A stretch of 64,000 nucleotides of DNA, from contig DYOH01000005.1 of NCBI GenBank assembly GCA_020720625.1, positions 12,943 through 76,942 of the forward strand. The letters run 5' to 3'. Each line of letters begins with the position of its first letter. Position 1 is the stretch's first letter. Shown here one piece after another: positions 39,302 through 48,955 of this stretch. Below the pieces are notes generated by a model that was given only the letters and a program-made list of their open reading frames with translations, ran no database searches and was not told the DNA's origin. The stretch comes from Acetofilamentum sp. (GTDB lineage Bacteria > Bacteroidota > Bacteroidia > Bacteroidales > DYOH01). The translations under genes and the position numbers were made by a program.

Positions 39302-40360
39302 TTAATTGGACCCCAAAGTATAAATAGTTTGGGTAGGAAAAGCAAATTCGAGTTTCTCGGCATTAAATCGTTTCAATATTTCCTGATTGATTTCAGATTG
39401 CACTTCGATAATATCGGCATCTGTTTTTATATAATAGTTAAGATTAATATTGAGCGAAAAATCGCCAAAATTAGTAAATCCGACAGCTATTTTATTTTCT
39501 AGCTGTATATTATTTGAAACAATCTCTTTTAAAATTTCAATGGCAAATTTCATTCTATCGGGAGATGTGTTATAATTTAGCCCTAAAGATAAGCTTATTT
39601 TTCGACAAGGTTCCGAAGAAATATTTTCGATTTTGTTACTGGTAAAAATAGAATTGGGAATAGTAACCACTCTTCCATTAAGATTTCTGATTCTGGTGCT
39701 TCTAATCCCAATTTCTTCGACAATACCATCAATATCTTCGATAACGATTCTATCTTTAACGGCAAAGGGTTTATCAATAAAAACGGTAAATCCACCAAAA
39801 AAGTTCGAAACAGTATCTTTGGCCGCCATTGCCAGTGCAATTCCGCCAATTCCCATACCCGCTAAAAGAGCACCAATATTATATCCGGCGTTATCCAATC
39901 CAACAATAAAAGCCAAAATCCAGATAGCCACTTTAATTGATTTTCTAAGAATTGGCAATAACTGGTCGTCGAGAGTACTTTTGGTATTTGCTGCCAATGG
40001 CACCAGATATTCTAGTATTATGGCATCTATAAGCCTAACCAAAAGCCACGCAACATTAAATGTGATTAGTATATAAAATACATGCCCTGTAAAATTCTGG
40101 CAATTTGCAGATAAATGAAGCATTCCAATGGCGTACCACGAAGCAGTTAATACAATTGTGAGCGAAACAGGCTCTTCTATCATGTCAATCAAAATATCAT
40201 CAAATTTGTACTTTGATTTTTGTGTCCATCTTTTTATATATTTTCCAATAAACCAATAGATAAAACGCCCTAAAAGCGCACCACCAATAATTATTAGCAA
40301 TGCAGCAATCCATTCTCCAACTGTATTATCATAAAAGCTTGTACTAAAAAAATCTTTCAT
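39302..40360 (-). CDS. Mechanosensitive ion channel, MscS family
   Basis: Three to four TM helices followed by an MscS beta-domain (FAVKDRIVIEDIDGIVEEIGIRSTRIRNLNGRVVTIPNS). Confidence 0.9.
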   Translation of the reverse strand: MKDFFSTSFYDNTVGEWIAALLIIIGGALLGRFIYWFIGKYIKRWTQKSKYKFDDILIDMIEEPVSLTIVLTASWYAIGMLHLSANCQNFTGHVFYILITFNVAWLLVRLIDAIILEYLVPLAANTKSTLDDQLLPILRKSIKVAIWILAFIVGLDNAGYNIGALLAGMGIGGIALAMAAKDTVSNFFGGFTVFIDKPFAVKDRIVIEDIDGIVEEIGIRSTRIRNLNGRVVTIPNSIFTSNKIENISSEPCRKISLSLGLNYNTSPDRMKFAIEILKEIVSNNIQLENKIAVGFTNFGDFSLNINLNYYIKTDADIIEVQSEINQEILKRFNAEKLEFAFPTQTIYTLGSN

Positions 40361-40413
40361 TACTTTTAAACCCTTCTAATTTGATAACACAAAAATAAGG
40401 TTTTTAAAATATT

Positions 40414-41424
40414 ATGCATACAAACAGCACATTTTTTTTACAGACAGGTCATACACAATCGCCACTTCTGTATTTGGCACCTATGGAAGATATTACTGAT
40501 CCGTCGTTTAGGTTTATTGCCAAAGAATACGGAGCAGATGTGTTAATTACAGAATTTATCTCTTCCGATGAGTTGGTGGCCAATATTGCACGTACTTCCA
40601 AAAAATTTACAATTTTTGAGCACGAAAGACCCGTTGGAATTCAAATTTATGGGCATAAAAAAGATGCTATGGTTTATGCTGCTCAGTTGGTGGCAGATGC
40701 CAATCCAGACTTTATTGATATAAACTGGGGCTGCCCAATGAAAAAAATTGTAAAAAGATTTGCAGGTGCCGGAATGCTACGAAATTTACCTCTAATGCTC
40801 GAAATTACCGAAGCTGTGGTTAAGTCGGTAAGTATTCCGGTAACTGTAAAAACACGCTTAGGTTGGGACGAAAATTCGATAGTAATTCACCAACTTACCC
40901 CGCAATTGCAGAATACAGGAATTAAGGCCCTTACGGTACATGCCCGCACCAGAGAACAACTCTATAGCGGAAATGCCGATTGGAATCATTTAAGAATGCT
41001 AAAAGAAAACAAATCTATTCAAATTCCGATTATTGGCAATGGAGATATTATTGACGAAATTTCGGCATATAATTTACTAAACTACAGCAAGGTAGATGCT
41101 CTAATGATAGGCCGGGCAAGTATTGGAAAACCATGGATTTTTAAACATATCAGGCATTTTCTTGATACAGGTACATTACTTCCTGCGCCAGATACTAAAG
41201 AAAGGGTTGACTTATGCATAAGGCATTTGCAAAAGGCAATTGAGTGGAAAGGAGAACAAAGGGCTGTGCATGAAATGCGCAAACAATACTTAAAATATTT
41301 CAAAGAATTACCTGATTTTCAGAGTATAAAAAAATTATTAGTAACCGAAGAAAATCCTCTCCATCTAATCAGAACCTTACAAATCTTAGCAGAAATGCAT
41401 GACAATTTTATTTATTCTGCTTAG
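40414..41424 (+). CDS. dusB: tRNA-dihydrouridine synthase
   Basis: LAPMEDITDPSFR, DINWGCP, VTVKTRLGW and HARTREQ motifs. Confidence 0.9.
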   Translation: MHTNSTFFLQTGHTQSPLLYLAPMEDITDPSFRFIAKEYGADVLITEFISSDELVANIARTSKKFTIFEHERPVGIQIYGHKKDAMVYAAQLVADANPDFIDINWGCPMKKIVKRFAGAGMLRNLPLMLEITEAVVKSVSIPVTVKTRLGWDENSIVIHQLTPQLQNTGIKALTVHARTREQLYSGNADWNHLRMLKENKSIQIPIIGNGDIIDEISAYNLLNYSKVDALMIGRASIGKPWIFKHIRHFLDTGTLLPAPDTKERVDLCIRHLQKAIEWKGEQRAVHEMRKQYLKYFKELPDFQSIKKLLVTEENPLHLIRTLQILAEMHDNFIYSA

Positions 41425-41608
41425 CCGCATATTTTCAGAATCAGCTATTAATGATAATCATATAGATATTTAAAAAATATTTTTTTCCTGACTTAAAAAA
41501 AGCCAAAACAAAATACTATTTTGATAAAACCTATTAACTAAACGACATTTTTCGCATTTTATAATCATGCATTAGAAAAGCAGAGGCATTTGATATTTCT
41601 AAACCCCA

Positions 41609-42184
41609 TTATTTTAACCTTCCCGGATTTTTATTAATAAAATCTTTCCAGCTGGAAAATCCTTTTCCAGAAACAGGAGAGTTTAACTGATAGAAATGGC
41701 ACATTGCAGCTGCGAGCGCATCGGTGGCATCGAAACTTTCGGGTGCTTTAGGTAAGTTTAAAATACTCTGCACAAAAGCAGCTACTTGCTCTTTAGACGC
41801 ATTTCCGTTTCCAGTAATAGCCTGCTTAATTTTACGCGGAGTGTACTCGGTAATGCTCATTTGATTAGCCATGGCTGCCGCCATAATTACCCCCTGCGCG
41901 CGACCAAGCTTAAGCATGGATTGAATATTTTTTCCGTAGAATGGAGCTTCTATGGCCAAATCGTCTGGTTTGTACTCGCGAATAATTTGTACAACTCTTT
42001 CATAAAGATATTGAAGTCGCTTGTAATGATCTTCAAATTTTTCTACTTGAGCTATACCATAATATAACAATTTAGCATTTTTCTTTTCAATTTGGATAAG
42101 GCCATAGCCCAACACCCTGGTGCCAGGGTCAATACCTAAAATGATGCGGTTTTTTTCTTCTGTTTTTTGCATTGCTGAATACAA
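41609..42184 (-). CDS. ruvC: Crossover junction endodeoxyribonuclease RuvC
   Basis: ILGIDPGTRVLGYGLI, EAPFYGKN and DATDALAAAMCH motifs. The start may be MQKTEE at 42172. It overlaps the EamA gene 3' end in either case. Confidence 0.92.
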   Translation of the reverse strand: MYSAMQKTEEKNRIILGIDPGTRVLGYGLIQIEKKNAKLLYYGIAQVEKFEDHYKRLQYLYERVVQIIREYKPDDLAIEAPFYGKNIQSMLKLGRAQGVIMAAAMANQMSITEYTPRKIKQAITGNGNASKEQVAAFVQSILNLPKAPESFDATDALAAAMCHFYQLNSPVSGKGFSSWKDFINKNPGRLK

Positions 42185-43035
42185 ATTCCGGCTAATATAA
42201 CGAAAATACCGATATAAGTGGTGTAGAAAATTTGCTCCCCCAAAATAAAGTGAATAAAAATAAGTGAGATAAAGGGTGAAAGAAATACAAAATTACTTAT
42301 TTTATCGGCAGAATGAGTTAATTTCATAGCCATCATCCACAATGCAAAAGTAATTCCCATTTCGAACAGACCAACGTATATTGCAGCCCAAAAGCCTTTC
42401 CAATGAAAAAAATCAAAATCGCCTGAAATAAGAATATAAATTGCAGTATAAATAAACCCAAAAACAAAATTGTAGAACAATTTTACCAAATCGCTTCGCT
42501 TGTCGCGTACATTAAACAACCAAAAAAGTGCCCAAATAATTGAACTACCACTGGCAAGAGCCACCCCAAATGGTTGGTTAATCTCCAAAAGCTTCAAATT
42601 TCCCTGTGTGGAAATTAAAACAACACCAGTAAAACTTACCAACAATGCCACAATACTCCTAAGCTCAATTTTTTGTCCGAGTATGGGAGCAGCCAACAAT
42701 ACTAAAACCAAAGGCCATAGGTAATTCACAGGTTGAGCTATTTGTGCAGGCAATATGGAATATGCCTTTAGCAAAACCATATAATATGCAAAAGGGTTTA
42801 AAAATCCAAGTACAGCAGAATACATCAAGTCTTTTGCCGAATTTTTCTTTAGTAAGTGAATTTCACCGCGAAAAGCAAGCAATATGAGCAAAATAATTAT
42901 TGTTGTGCCTGCTGCCACAAACAACAGCTGCACAAAACTATATTCTGCAAGAGCCAGCTTAAAAGCTGTAGCCACCGTAGACCATAGTAGTACGGCCGAA
43001 ATACCTAAAATATATGCTTTATTCTGATTTGTCAT
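42136..43035 (-). CDS. EamA/DMT-family transporter
   Basis: About 10 TM helices arranged as two EamA-like halves, 299 aa. Confidence 0.82.
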   Translation of the reverse strand: MTNQNKAYILGISAVLLWSTVATAFKLALAEYSFVQLLFVAAGTTIIILLILLAFRGEIHLLKKNSAKDLMYSAVLGFLNPFAYYMVLLKAYSILPAQIAQPVNYLWPLVLVLLAAPILGQKIELRSIVALLVSFTGVVLISTQGNLKLLEINQPFGVALASGSSIIWALFWLFNVRDKRSDLVKLFYNFVFGFIYTAIYILISGDFDFFHWKGFWAAIYVGLFEMGITFALWMMAMKLTHSADKISNFVFLSPFISLIFIHFILGEQIFYTTYIGIFVILAGICIQQCKKQKKKTASF

Positions 43036-43187
43036 ATCTATGAAAAAATTTGCCCTAAGTAAAGCTTATTTTGTTTCTAATAATATATCTATTTCATATT
43101 TTTTTTTCGATTGAAATTTTGCCTAAAAATTGACCTAATTTTATATTCTTCCTTATTAAATATTTTTTTCACTATATTACAACAAAA

Positions 43188-45131
43188 TTGAAAAACAAGA
43201 TAAACATGAAAAATTCACTCGCTTTAATGTTACTTGCCTCAGTTTTATTCTGGAGATTGACGCTTAATGCACAACAAAGCAATCCAATTTTTGATGATTT
43301 GAATATTCAGACCGGATACTACTGCGATGGAGAATATTCAAAAAGTACTGATTATGCTAAATATCTGTCCAATCTTAGTCTTAGCAATTTTACCATTTCG
43401 TGCCAGTTTAATGCAAATGAAAGCAGACGACATTGGGTTTTTGTGATGGGTTCGGGCTACCGTTGGCTTGGTTTCTTAATCAATGCCAATAATCAGATTT
43501 CATTTACGGCTAATAACCAGGATTACACACAGTTAACAGATGGCGTGATAGAACCTTCAAAGTGGTATACTGCCACAGTAGTGCATAATAATGGCACTAC
43601 AAAAGTTTTTTTAGATGATAAGGAAATTGGCTCTTATCAAATTGAATTTGTTGTTCCTGCCGGTGGCGATAACACGTTTACGACAACAAATTATTCTAAT
43701 GGAACAGCTTTTAAAGGATATATTAGAGCATTAAAAGTATGGAACGAATCACTTACCCCTGAGCAAGTGGCCAAATTGGCAGTAAATAAAACCAAAACTG
43801 CCGAAGCTCCACTAATCGTATTTCGCTCCCCAAGCCTTTCATATACTCAAACAAAAGAATCAGAATTTGAGCTTATTGCCTGTATTGAATCATCTGAAAT
43901 ATTAAAAACGTTTCAGATTTATATTAATGGTTATGCCAGTAGAGGCTTCAAATTAGCAGAAAATAATACCTGTGCGTATGCCGTTGAGAAAACAATTGAG
44001 CTAATCGAAGGAAAAAACACCATAAAAATTGTGGCCGAAAATTCGGGAGGAATAAGCACGTCCAATACCTTTGTTATTGAATATATTATTGACAAGAAAG
44101 ATATTACACCGCCAGAGATTAAAATAATTTCGCCAACAGTTACGCGAGGCTCAATTATTTTTGAGGCAACTGAAACAATTGAAGTAAAGGGAGTGGCAAC
44201 TGATGCCGGCGGATTAAAAAGCATCACCATAAATGAAATATCAGCAGCTTTTGATGCTAGCGGAAATTTTACCCAAAATATAGATTTAGAAGAAGGACAA
44301 AACACCTTTGTTGTGGTGGCCATAGATAATTCGGGAAACAAAAACAGCACAGCTTTTACAATACAGAACAAAGGCAATAGCACCCCAAGCAACGAGCCGG
44401 AAGAAAACCAAATTAACGCTTCGGGGAATTATTATGCCCTGATTATTGGTGTTGAAGAGTATCAAGACCCCAATATTACAAGTTTAGACCAACCCATTAA
44501 AGACGCAGAAAAATTGTATAATATCATTTCGACAAATTATACTTTTGCATCCCAAAACATTAAATTTCTAAAAAATCCAGGAGCCAACGAAATTACAGCA
44601 GCCTTAGAAGAATACTATACCAAGTTGTCAAAAGAAGACAATTTACTTATATTTTATGCCGGACATGGTTACTGGGACGAAAAATTTGATCAAGGATATT
44701 GGCTTGCAGCAGATGCCGAAAGAAGTAACAGAGGTACATGGCTATCAAATAGTACCATACGCGATTACATGAAAGCCATTCCGGCTAAACATACCTTATT
44801 GATAACAGACGCATGTTTTGGTGGTGGAATTTTCAAAAGCCGCAATGCCTTTTCCAATGCATCAGTAGCCATAAATCAGCTTTATAAATATCCGAGCAGA
44901 AAGGCCATGACCAGCGGGGCTTTGAGCGAAGTGCCGGATCAAAGCGTTTTTATTCAATTATTAGTTAGCCGTTTAGACGAAAATATGGAAAAATATCTTT
45001 CATCTGAAGAATTGTTCAACAGTTTTAAGGTTGCCGTGATTAATAATAGTGCCAACGGTCAAATTCCGCAATATGGCGAAGTTAAACAAACAGGCGACGA
45101 GGGTGGCGATTTTATTTTTATCAAAAAATAA
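43188..45131 (+). CDS. Exported LamG/ConA-like + Ig-like repeat protein with C-terminal caspase-like (peptidase C14) domain
   Basis: Signal peptide (..LLASVLFWRLTLNAQQ). A LamG-like block follows (WYTATVVHNNGTTKVFLDDKEIG, IRALKVWN), then two Ig-like modules. The caspase dyad contexts are LLIFYAGHGYW and HTLLITDACFGGGIF. Confidence 0.8.
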   Translation: MKNKINMKNSLALMLLASVLFWRLTLNAQQSNPIFDDLNIQTGYYCDGEYSKSTDYAKYLSNLSLSNFTISCQFNANESRRHWVFVMGSGYRWLGFLINANNQISFTANNQDYTQLTDGVIEPSKWYTATVVHNNGTTKVFLDDKEIGSYQIEFVVPAGGDNTFTTTNYSNGTAFKGYIRALKVWNESLTPEQVAKLAVNKTKTAEAPLIVFRSPSLSYTQTKESEFELIACIESSEILKTFQIYINGYASRGFKLAENNTCAYAVEKTIELIEGKNTIKIVAENSGGISTSNTFVIEYIIDKKDITPPEIKIISPTVTRGSIIFEATETIEVKGVATDAGGLKSITINEISAAFDASGNFTQNIDLEEGQNTFVVVAIDNSGNKNSTAFTIQNKGNSTPSNEPEENQINASGNYYALIIGVEEYQDPNITSLDQPIKDAEKLYNIISTNYTFASQNIKFLKNPGANEITAALEEYYTKLSKEDNLLIFYAGHGYWDEKFDQGYWLAADAERSNRGTWLSNSTIRDYMKAIPAKHTLLITDACFGGGIFKSRNAFSNASVAINQLYKYPSRKAMTSGALSEVPDQSVFIQLLVSRLDENMEKYLSSEELFNSFKVAVINNSANGQIPQYGEVKQTGDEGGDFIFIKK

Positions 45132-45153
45132 ACTATTTGATTCATAACCAAAT

Positions 45154-45185
45154 AAAAAAAACCGGATAAGTTCCGGTCTTTTTTA
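45154..45185. terminator. Bidirectional intrinsic terminator
   Basis: A-run, ACCGGA (45161-45166), loop taagt, TCCGGT (45172-45177), then a T-run, between convergent genes. Confidence 0.7.
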
Positions 45186-45205
45186 TTTTAGATTATATAG
45201 AAAAA

Positions 45206-47479
45206 CTAGTATCGTTTATTGTTGTTTCCATCGCGGTTATCTCTGCGTCTGTCGCCACCATCGTTTCGGCCTCCCGGGCGAGAATCTCTGCGATTATCTG
45301 GTCTACGGTCATCAGACCTACGATCATCTGGTCTGCGCTCGCGCCTATTTTCGGAATTCTCTTCGTTGGACATACCTTCGGGCTTTGGTAATAAAATTTT
45401 ACGAGATAATTTTAATTTTCCGTTTTTTTCATCAACACCAATTAATTTTACTTCTAATTCGTCGCCCTCTTTTAAAACATCTTCAACGTTTTGCGTGCGA
45501 CTCCAGTCAATTTCGGAAATATGCAACAAACCATCTTTACCTGGTAAAATTTCAATAAAAGCACCAAATGTAGTAATAGATTTTACAATTCCGTGGTAAA
45601 TCTTTCCAATTTCTGGCACCTCAATTATGCGCCGAATACGAGCCATTGCTGCATCAATTGCCTCTTTATTTGGTCCTGAAACATCTACTTTACCAACGCC
45701 ACCTATCTCTTCTATTACAATAACGGTTTTAGTGGTTTCCTGAATATCTTGAATAATCTTACCACCAGGGCCAATTATTGGTCCTATCATTTCTTTAGGA
45801 ACAATAATCTGTTCTATTCTCGGAGCATGTGGTTTATAATCTTCTCTTGGCTGCTCAATGGTTTCGAGCATTTTGCCCAAAATATGTAGTCTGCCTTCTT
45901 TAGCCTGACTTAATGCTTTTTCCAAGATTTCGTAAGACAATCCGTCTACTTTTATATCCATTTGGCAAGCAGTAATTCCATCTACAGTACCAGTAACTTT
46001 AAAATCCATATCGCCCAAATGGTCTTCATCGCCTAAAATGTCAGAAAGAACAGCGAATTTTTTAGATTCTGAATCACTAACCAATCCCATGGCAATTCCG
46101 GAAACAGGTTTTAGAATTTGGACACCGGCATCCATAAGAGCCAATGTTCCGGCGCAAACTGTTGCCATTGACGAAGAACCATTTGACTCTAGAATATCAG
46201 AAACTACACGAATAGTATAGGGAATATCGGGTAACATACTTTTTAAAGCTCTAAAGGCCAAATTTCCATGTCCTACTTCGCGACGTGAAAGACCGCGTGA
46301 AGCTCTTGCATCGCCCGTAGAAAATGGCGGGAAATTATAATGCAACATAAATTTGTCGCGGGTTTGATTAGTAGGCTCGTCGATAATTTTTTCGTCGAGT
46401 TTTGTTCCCAATGTAACTGTGGTTAAAGATTGCGTTTCACCACGGGTGAAAACAGCAGAACCATGTGCCATGGGTAAGTAATCAATTTCGCTCCAAATTG
46501 GACGTATCTCGTTAGTTTTTCTCCCGTCAACCCGTATTCCTTCATCAAGAAGCATTGTTCTAAGCGCCTTTTTCATCACATCGTGATAGTATTTATGAAC
46601 CAAAGATTCCTTTTCGGCCTTTTCTTCGTCCGAAAATTGAGTCATAAATTCTTCTTTTATAGCTTTAAACTGCTCACTTCTCTCGTGCTTAGGTAATCCA
46701 CTTTTACCAACTTCGTATGTTTTCTGATATGTTTGTTCAAAAACCAATTTTCGAAGCACTTCGTCGTTAGATTCGTGGCAATATTCTCTCTTGCTAATCT
46801 TCATTTCAGCAGCTAAATCCATCTGCGCCTGACACTGAACTTTAATGGCCTGGTGAGCAATTTTCATGGCTTCGAGCATATCAGCTTCAGAAACTTCAAG
46901 CATTTCGCCTTCAACCATCAAAATATTGTCGAAAGTAGCCGCTACCATGATATCTATATCTGCGTTTTCATTTTGTTCGAATCCGGGATTAACAATAAAC
47001 TCACCATTAATTCGTGATACGCGTACTTCGGAGATAGGTCCGTTAAAAGGAATATCGCTAACAGCCAATGCACTAGAAGCCGCTAAACCGGCTAAAGAAT
47101 CGGGCATCACATTTTTATCGGCCGAAAGTAAATGTATTGTAACGAATGTTTCAGCATGAAAATCTTCGGGAAACATAGGTCTTAAAGCTCTGTCGACTAA
47201 TCTTGATGTAAGAATTTCGCTATCATTGGGGCGTCCTTCTCTACGTTGAAATCCACCAGGAATTCGGCCGGTAGAGGCAAATTTTTCCTGATATTCAACC
47301 TGAAGTGGCATAAAATCAACATCATCTTTGGCAGCTTTGGCAGAAACAACTGTAGCCAAGAGCATGGTATTTCCCATTTTAACAACAACAGCACCATCAG
47401 CCTGTTTGGCTAATTTTCCGGTTTCGATAGTAACTATCCTGCCGTCGCCTAAATCAATTTCTTTTGTGTAAACTTGCAT
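45206..47479 (-). CDS. pnp: Polyribonucleotide nucleotidyltransferase (PNPase) with Arg/Asp-rich C-terminal tail
   Basis: Two RNase PH-like halves ([14 protein letters not shown]), KH ([12 protein letters not shown]) and S1 ([20 protein letters not shown]). An extra ~50-aa tail follows: [49 protein letters not shown]. Confidence 0.96.
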   Translation of the reverse strand: MQVYTKEIDLGDGRIVTIETGKLAKQADGAVVVKMGNTMLLATVVSAKAAKDDVDFMPLQVEYQEKFASTGRIPGGFQRREGRPNDSEILTSRLVDRALRPMFPEDFHAETFVTIHLLSADKNVMPDSLAGLAASSALAVSDIPFNGPISEVRVSRINGEFIVNPGFEQNENADIDIMVAATFDNILMVEGEMLEVSEADMLEAMKIAHQAIKVQCQAQMDLAAEMKISKREYCHESNDEVLRKLVFEQTYQKTYEVGKSGLPKHERSEQFKAIKEEFMTQFSDEEKAEKESLVHKYYHDVMKKALRTMLLDEGIRVDGRKTNEIRPIWSEIDYLPMAHGSAVFTRGETQSLTTVTLGTKLDEKIIDEPTNQTRDKFMLHYNFPPFSTGDARASRGLSRREVGHGNLAFRALKSMLPDIPYTIRVVSDILESNGSSSMATVCAGTLALMDAGVQILKPVSGIAMGLVSDSESKKFAVLSDILGDEDHLGDMDFKVTGTVDGITACQMDIKVDGLSYEILEKALSQAKEGRLHILGKMLETIEQPREDYKPHAPRIEQIIVPKEMIGPIIGPGGKIIQDIQETTKTVIVIEEIGGVGKVDVSGPNKEAIDAAMARIRRIIEVPEIGKIYHGIVKSITTFGAFIEILPGKDGLLHISEIDWSRTQNVEDVLKEGDELEVKLIGVDEKNGKLKLSRKILLPKPEGMSNEENSENRRERRPDDRRSDDRRPDNRRDSRPGGRNDGGDRRRDNRDGNNNKRY

Positions 47480-47548
47480 ATAAATTTGCTAACTAATAAA
47501 ATAAAGAAAAGTAAAATTAATAAATTTGTTGAAAAGAAAAAGAATAAT

Positions 47549-47581
47549 AAAAAAAAGGCAATAATTTGCCTTTTTTTTTTA
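47549..47581 (-). terminator. Intrinsic terminator/attenuator immediately after rpsO, upstream of pnp
   Basis: The minus-strand transcript reads TAA, then an A-run, AAGGCAA, loup atta, TTGCCTT, then an 8-T run. The plus-strand stem is at 47555-47572. The pnp start lies about 70 nt further on. Confidence 0.65.
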
Positions 47582-47848
47582 TTTTCGAAGACCTAGCTTA
47601 GCTACAATAGCTCTATATCTCTCAATGTCTGTTTTAATCAGATAATTAAGTAAGCTTCTGCGTTTTCCAACAATCTTCAACAGCGCCCTTTGAGTGCTGT
47701 AATCCTTCTTGAATTTCTTAAGGTGCTCTGTCAGGTGATTAATGCGATAGGTAAACAATGCAATTTGTGCTTCCGGCGAACCGGTGTCTGCCTGACCTTG
47801 ACCATAAGTTTCAAAAATTTCGTGTTTTTTTTCTTTTGACAAATACAT
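47579..47848 (-). CDS. rpsO: 30S ribosomal protein S15
   Basis: 89 aa. The motif [32 protein letters not shown] matches the S15 signature, and rpsO-pnp synteny is classic. Confidence 0.96.
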   Translation of the reverse strand: MYLSKEKKHEIFETYGQGQADTGSPEAQIALFTYRINHLTEHLKKFKKDYSTQRALLKIVGKRRSLLNYLIKTDIERYRAIVAKLGLRK

Positions 47849-47882
47849 TTCGTTTCCTAGTTTAAATTTTACTTTGAGGCTG

Positions 47883-47890
47883 CAAAATTA
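47883..47890 (-). promoter_or_regulatory. Candidate Bacteroidota -7 promoter box (TAATTTTG) for rpsO
   Basis: Plus-strand CAAAATTA is minus-strand TAATTTTG, which matches TAnnTTTG. It lies 35 nt upstream of the rpsO ATG. The motif also occurs by chance in this AT-rich DNA. Confidence 0.35.
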
Positions 47891-48054
47891 ATTATTTTTT
47901 TATTATCAGCAATTTTTAAATGCTTATTTAGAATAAAATAATGCACCAAGGTGAAGTTTATTTTGCATAATTTAATCTTTAAGCCTGTAAGATTAATAAT
48001 TCTAAATTACTAAAACAAAATAGTGCATAAAGATTTTTTTTTAATAGATTTTTT

Positions 48055-48062
48055 TAATTTTG
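48055..48062 (+). promoter_or_regulatory. Candidate -7 promoter box (TAATTTTG) for the STAND cassette
   Basis: Exact TAnnTTTG match 27 nt upstream of the ATG at 48089. I found no convincing -33 TTG. It lies inside the GTG-extended ORF-track model, which argues for the 48089 start. Confidence 0.3.
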
Positions 48063-48088
48063 GTATCAAAATTGCCAAAACAAGAATT

Positions 48089-48955
48089 ATGAGTCAACAA
48101 AGCAAAGAAATAAAAATATTTCTGGCTCAAACATCCTCAGATACGAACATATTGAACCAGAAATTAAGCACTGTTCTTCAAAAAGCAGGGTTCAAAGTTG
48201 CTATTTCTGAGCACTTAAGCCAAGAAGAACATACCGAGGAGTTAATGCTTTCGCATTGCTCTGTGCATGTAATAGGCGATTTTGTGGATCAATCTTCACA
48301 AGCTTTTTTGAATCAAGATTTTTCTTTGGCGCAGGAAAAAAATAGTACAGACGAAAATTTCACCATATTTGTGTGGCACCCCGAAACTAAATCTAAGAAA
48401 CAAGTAAACTCTGCATTTATAAATCAAATCCGAAATAAGATTAATCAGAACATGATTTTTAGTAATCATGAATCGGCAGTAATGTTTGTAGAAGACTTAA
48501 GGGGCGTAATTTCTGTGAATAAAGCAGCTGAATATCAAGTAAAAAAAACAGAAATATTCCTAATATACAACTCGTTAGATAGCTACAATGCCAAAGAAAT
48601 TATAGAAATGCTGCAAGATGTAAGCCCACCAGAAACCTTGGTAATAGAACCATCGTCGCGCACCGATTATGAAAAATATATCGCCAAACAGGTAAATAAT
48701 TCAATGCTGACGGTTGTGTACTTTAAATACGCCAACGAATGGGCGATTCCGTTTATGCAACAAATTTGGAAAATTTCGGGAGGTGCATCTATTCCGGGTC
48801 AATTTTTGCTTATTGCATCGAAAAATACAGCCAATATTCAAAACTTAGAATTTGAAGCCCCAAAGACTAGCTTCAAAATTGTAGATGATGAACTTATTCC
48901 TCTGGAAATTAAGGTAGTATTCGACAAAATTTCTAAACATAAGCACAATGATTGA
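48089..48955 (+). CDS. Hypothetical cytoplasmic protein with two tandem TIR-like/DUF4062-like alpha/beta modules (candidate effector or adaptor of the downstream STAND NTPase)
   Basis: There is no signal peptide. Module 1 is KEIKIFLAQTSSDTNILNQKLSTVLQKAGFKV...CSVHVIGD...FTIFVWHPE. Module 2 is TEIFLIYNSLDSYNAKEIIEML...LTVVYFKYANEWAIPFMQQIW...FLLIASK. Both open with the hydrophobic-strand + S/D + helix pattern of TIR/DUF4062 folds. The stop overlaps the next ATG (ATGATTGA). The fold call is an inference. The track start at 48023 is a GTG. Confidence 0.75.
   Translation: MSQQSKEIKIFLAQTSSDTNILNQKLSTVLQKAGFKVAISEHLSQEEHTEELMLSHCSVHVIGDFVDQSSQAFLNQDFSLAQEKNSTDENFTIFVWHPETKSKKQVNSAFINQIRNKINQNMIFSNHESAVMFVEDLRGVISVNKAAEYQVKKTEIFLIYNSLDSYNAKEIIEMLQDVSPPETLVIEPSSRTDYEKYIAKQVNNSMLTVVYFKYANEWAIPFMQQIWKISGGASIPGQFLLIASKNTANIQNLEFEAPKTSFKIVDDELIPLEIKVVFDKISKHKHND

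Noticed and set aside
42136-42184. 49-nt overlap between the ruvC 5' end and the EamA transporter 3' end. I considered a frameshift or pseudogene.
   Set aside because: Both ORFs are full length with intact motifs. The overlap shrinks to 37 nt with the alternative ruvC ATG at 42172, and it involves only the Lys-rich tail of the transporter. This is most likely ordinary gene overlap.
47480-47548. Two TAAATTTG (-7 box) matches in the rpsO-pnp spacer.
   Set aside because: Both are on the plus strand, facing away from any gene and antisense to rpsO. This shows that TAnnTTTG occurs by chance in this AT-rich sequence, which is why my promoter calls carry low confidence.
48023-48088. GTG-initiated N-terminal extension of the TIR-like ORF (MHKDFFLIDFFNFGIKIAKTRI).
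   Set aside because: It starts on GTG in poly-T-rich DNA and contains the best -7 promoter match (48055-48062). The ATG at 48089 gives a sensible hydrophilic N-terminus.
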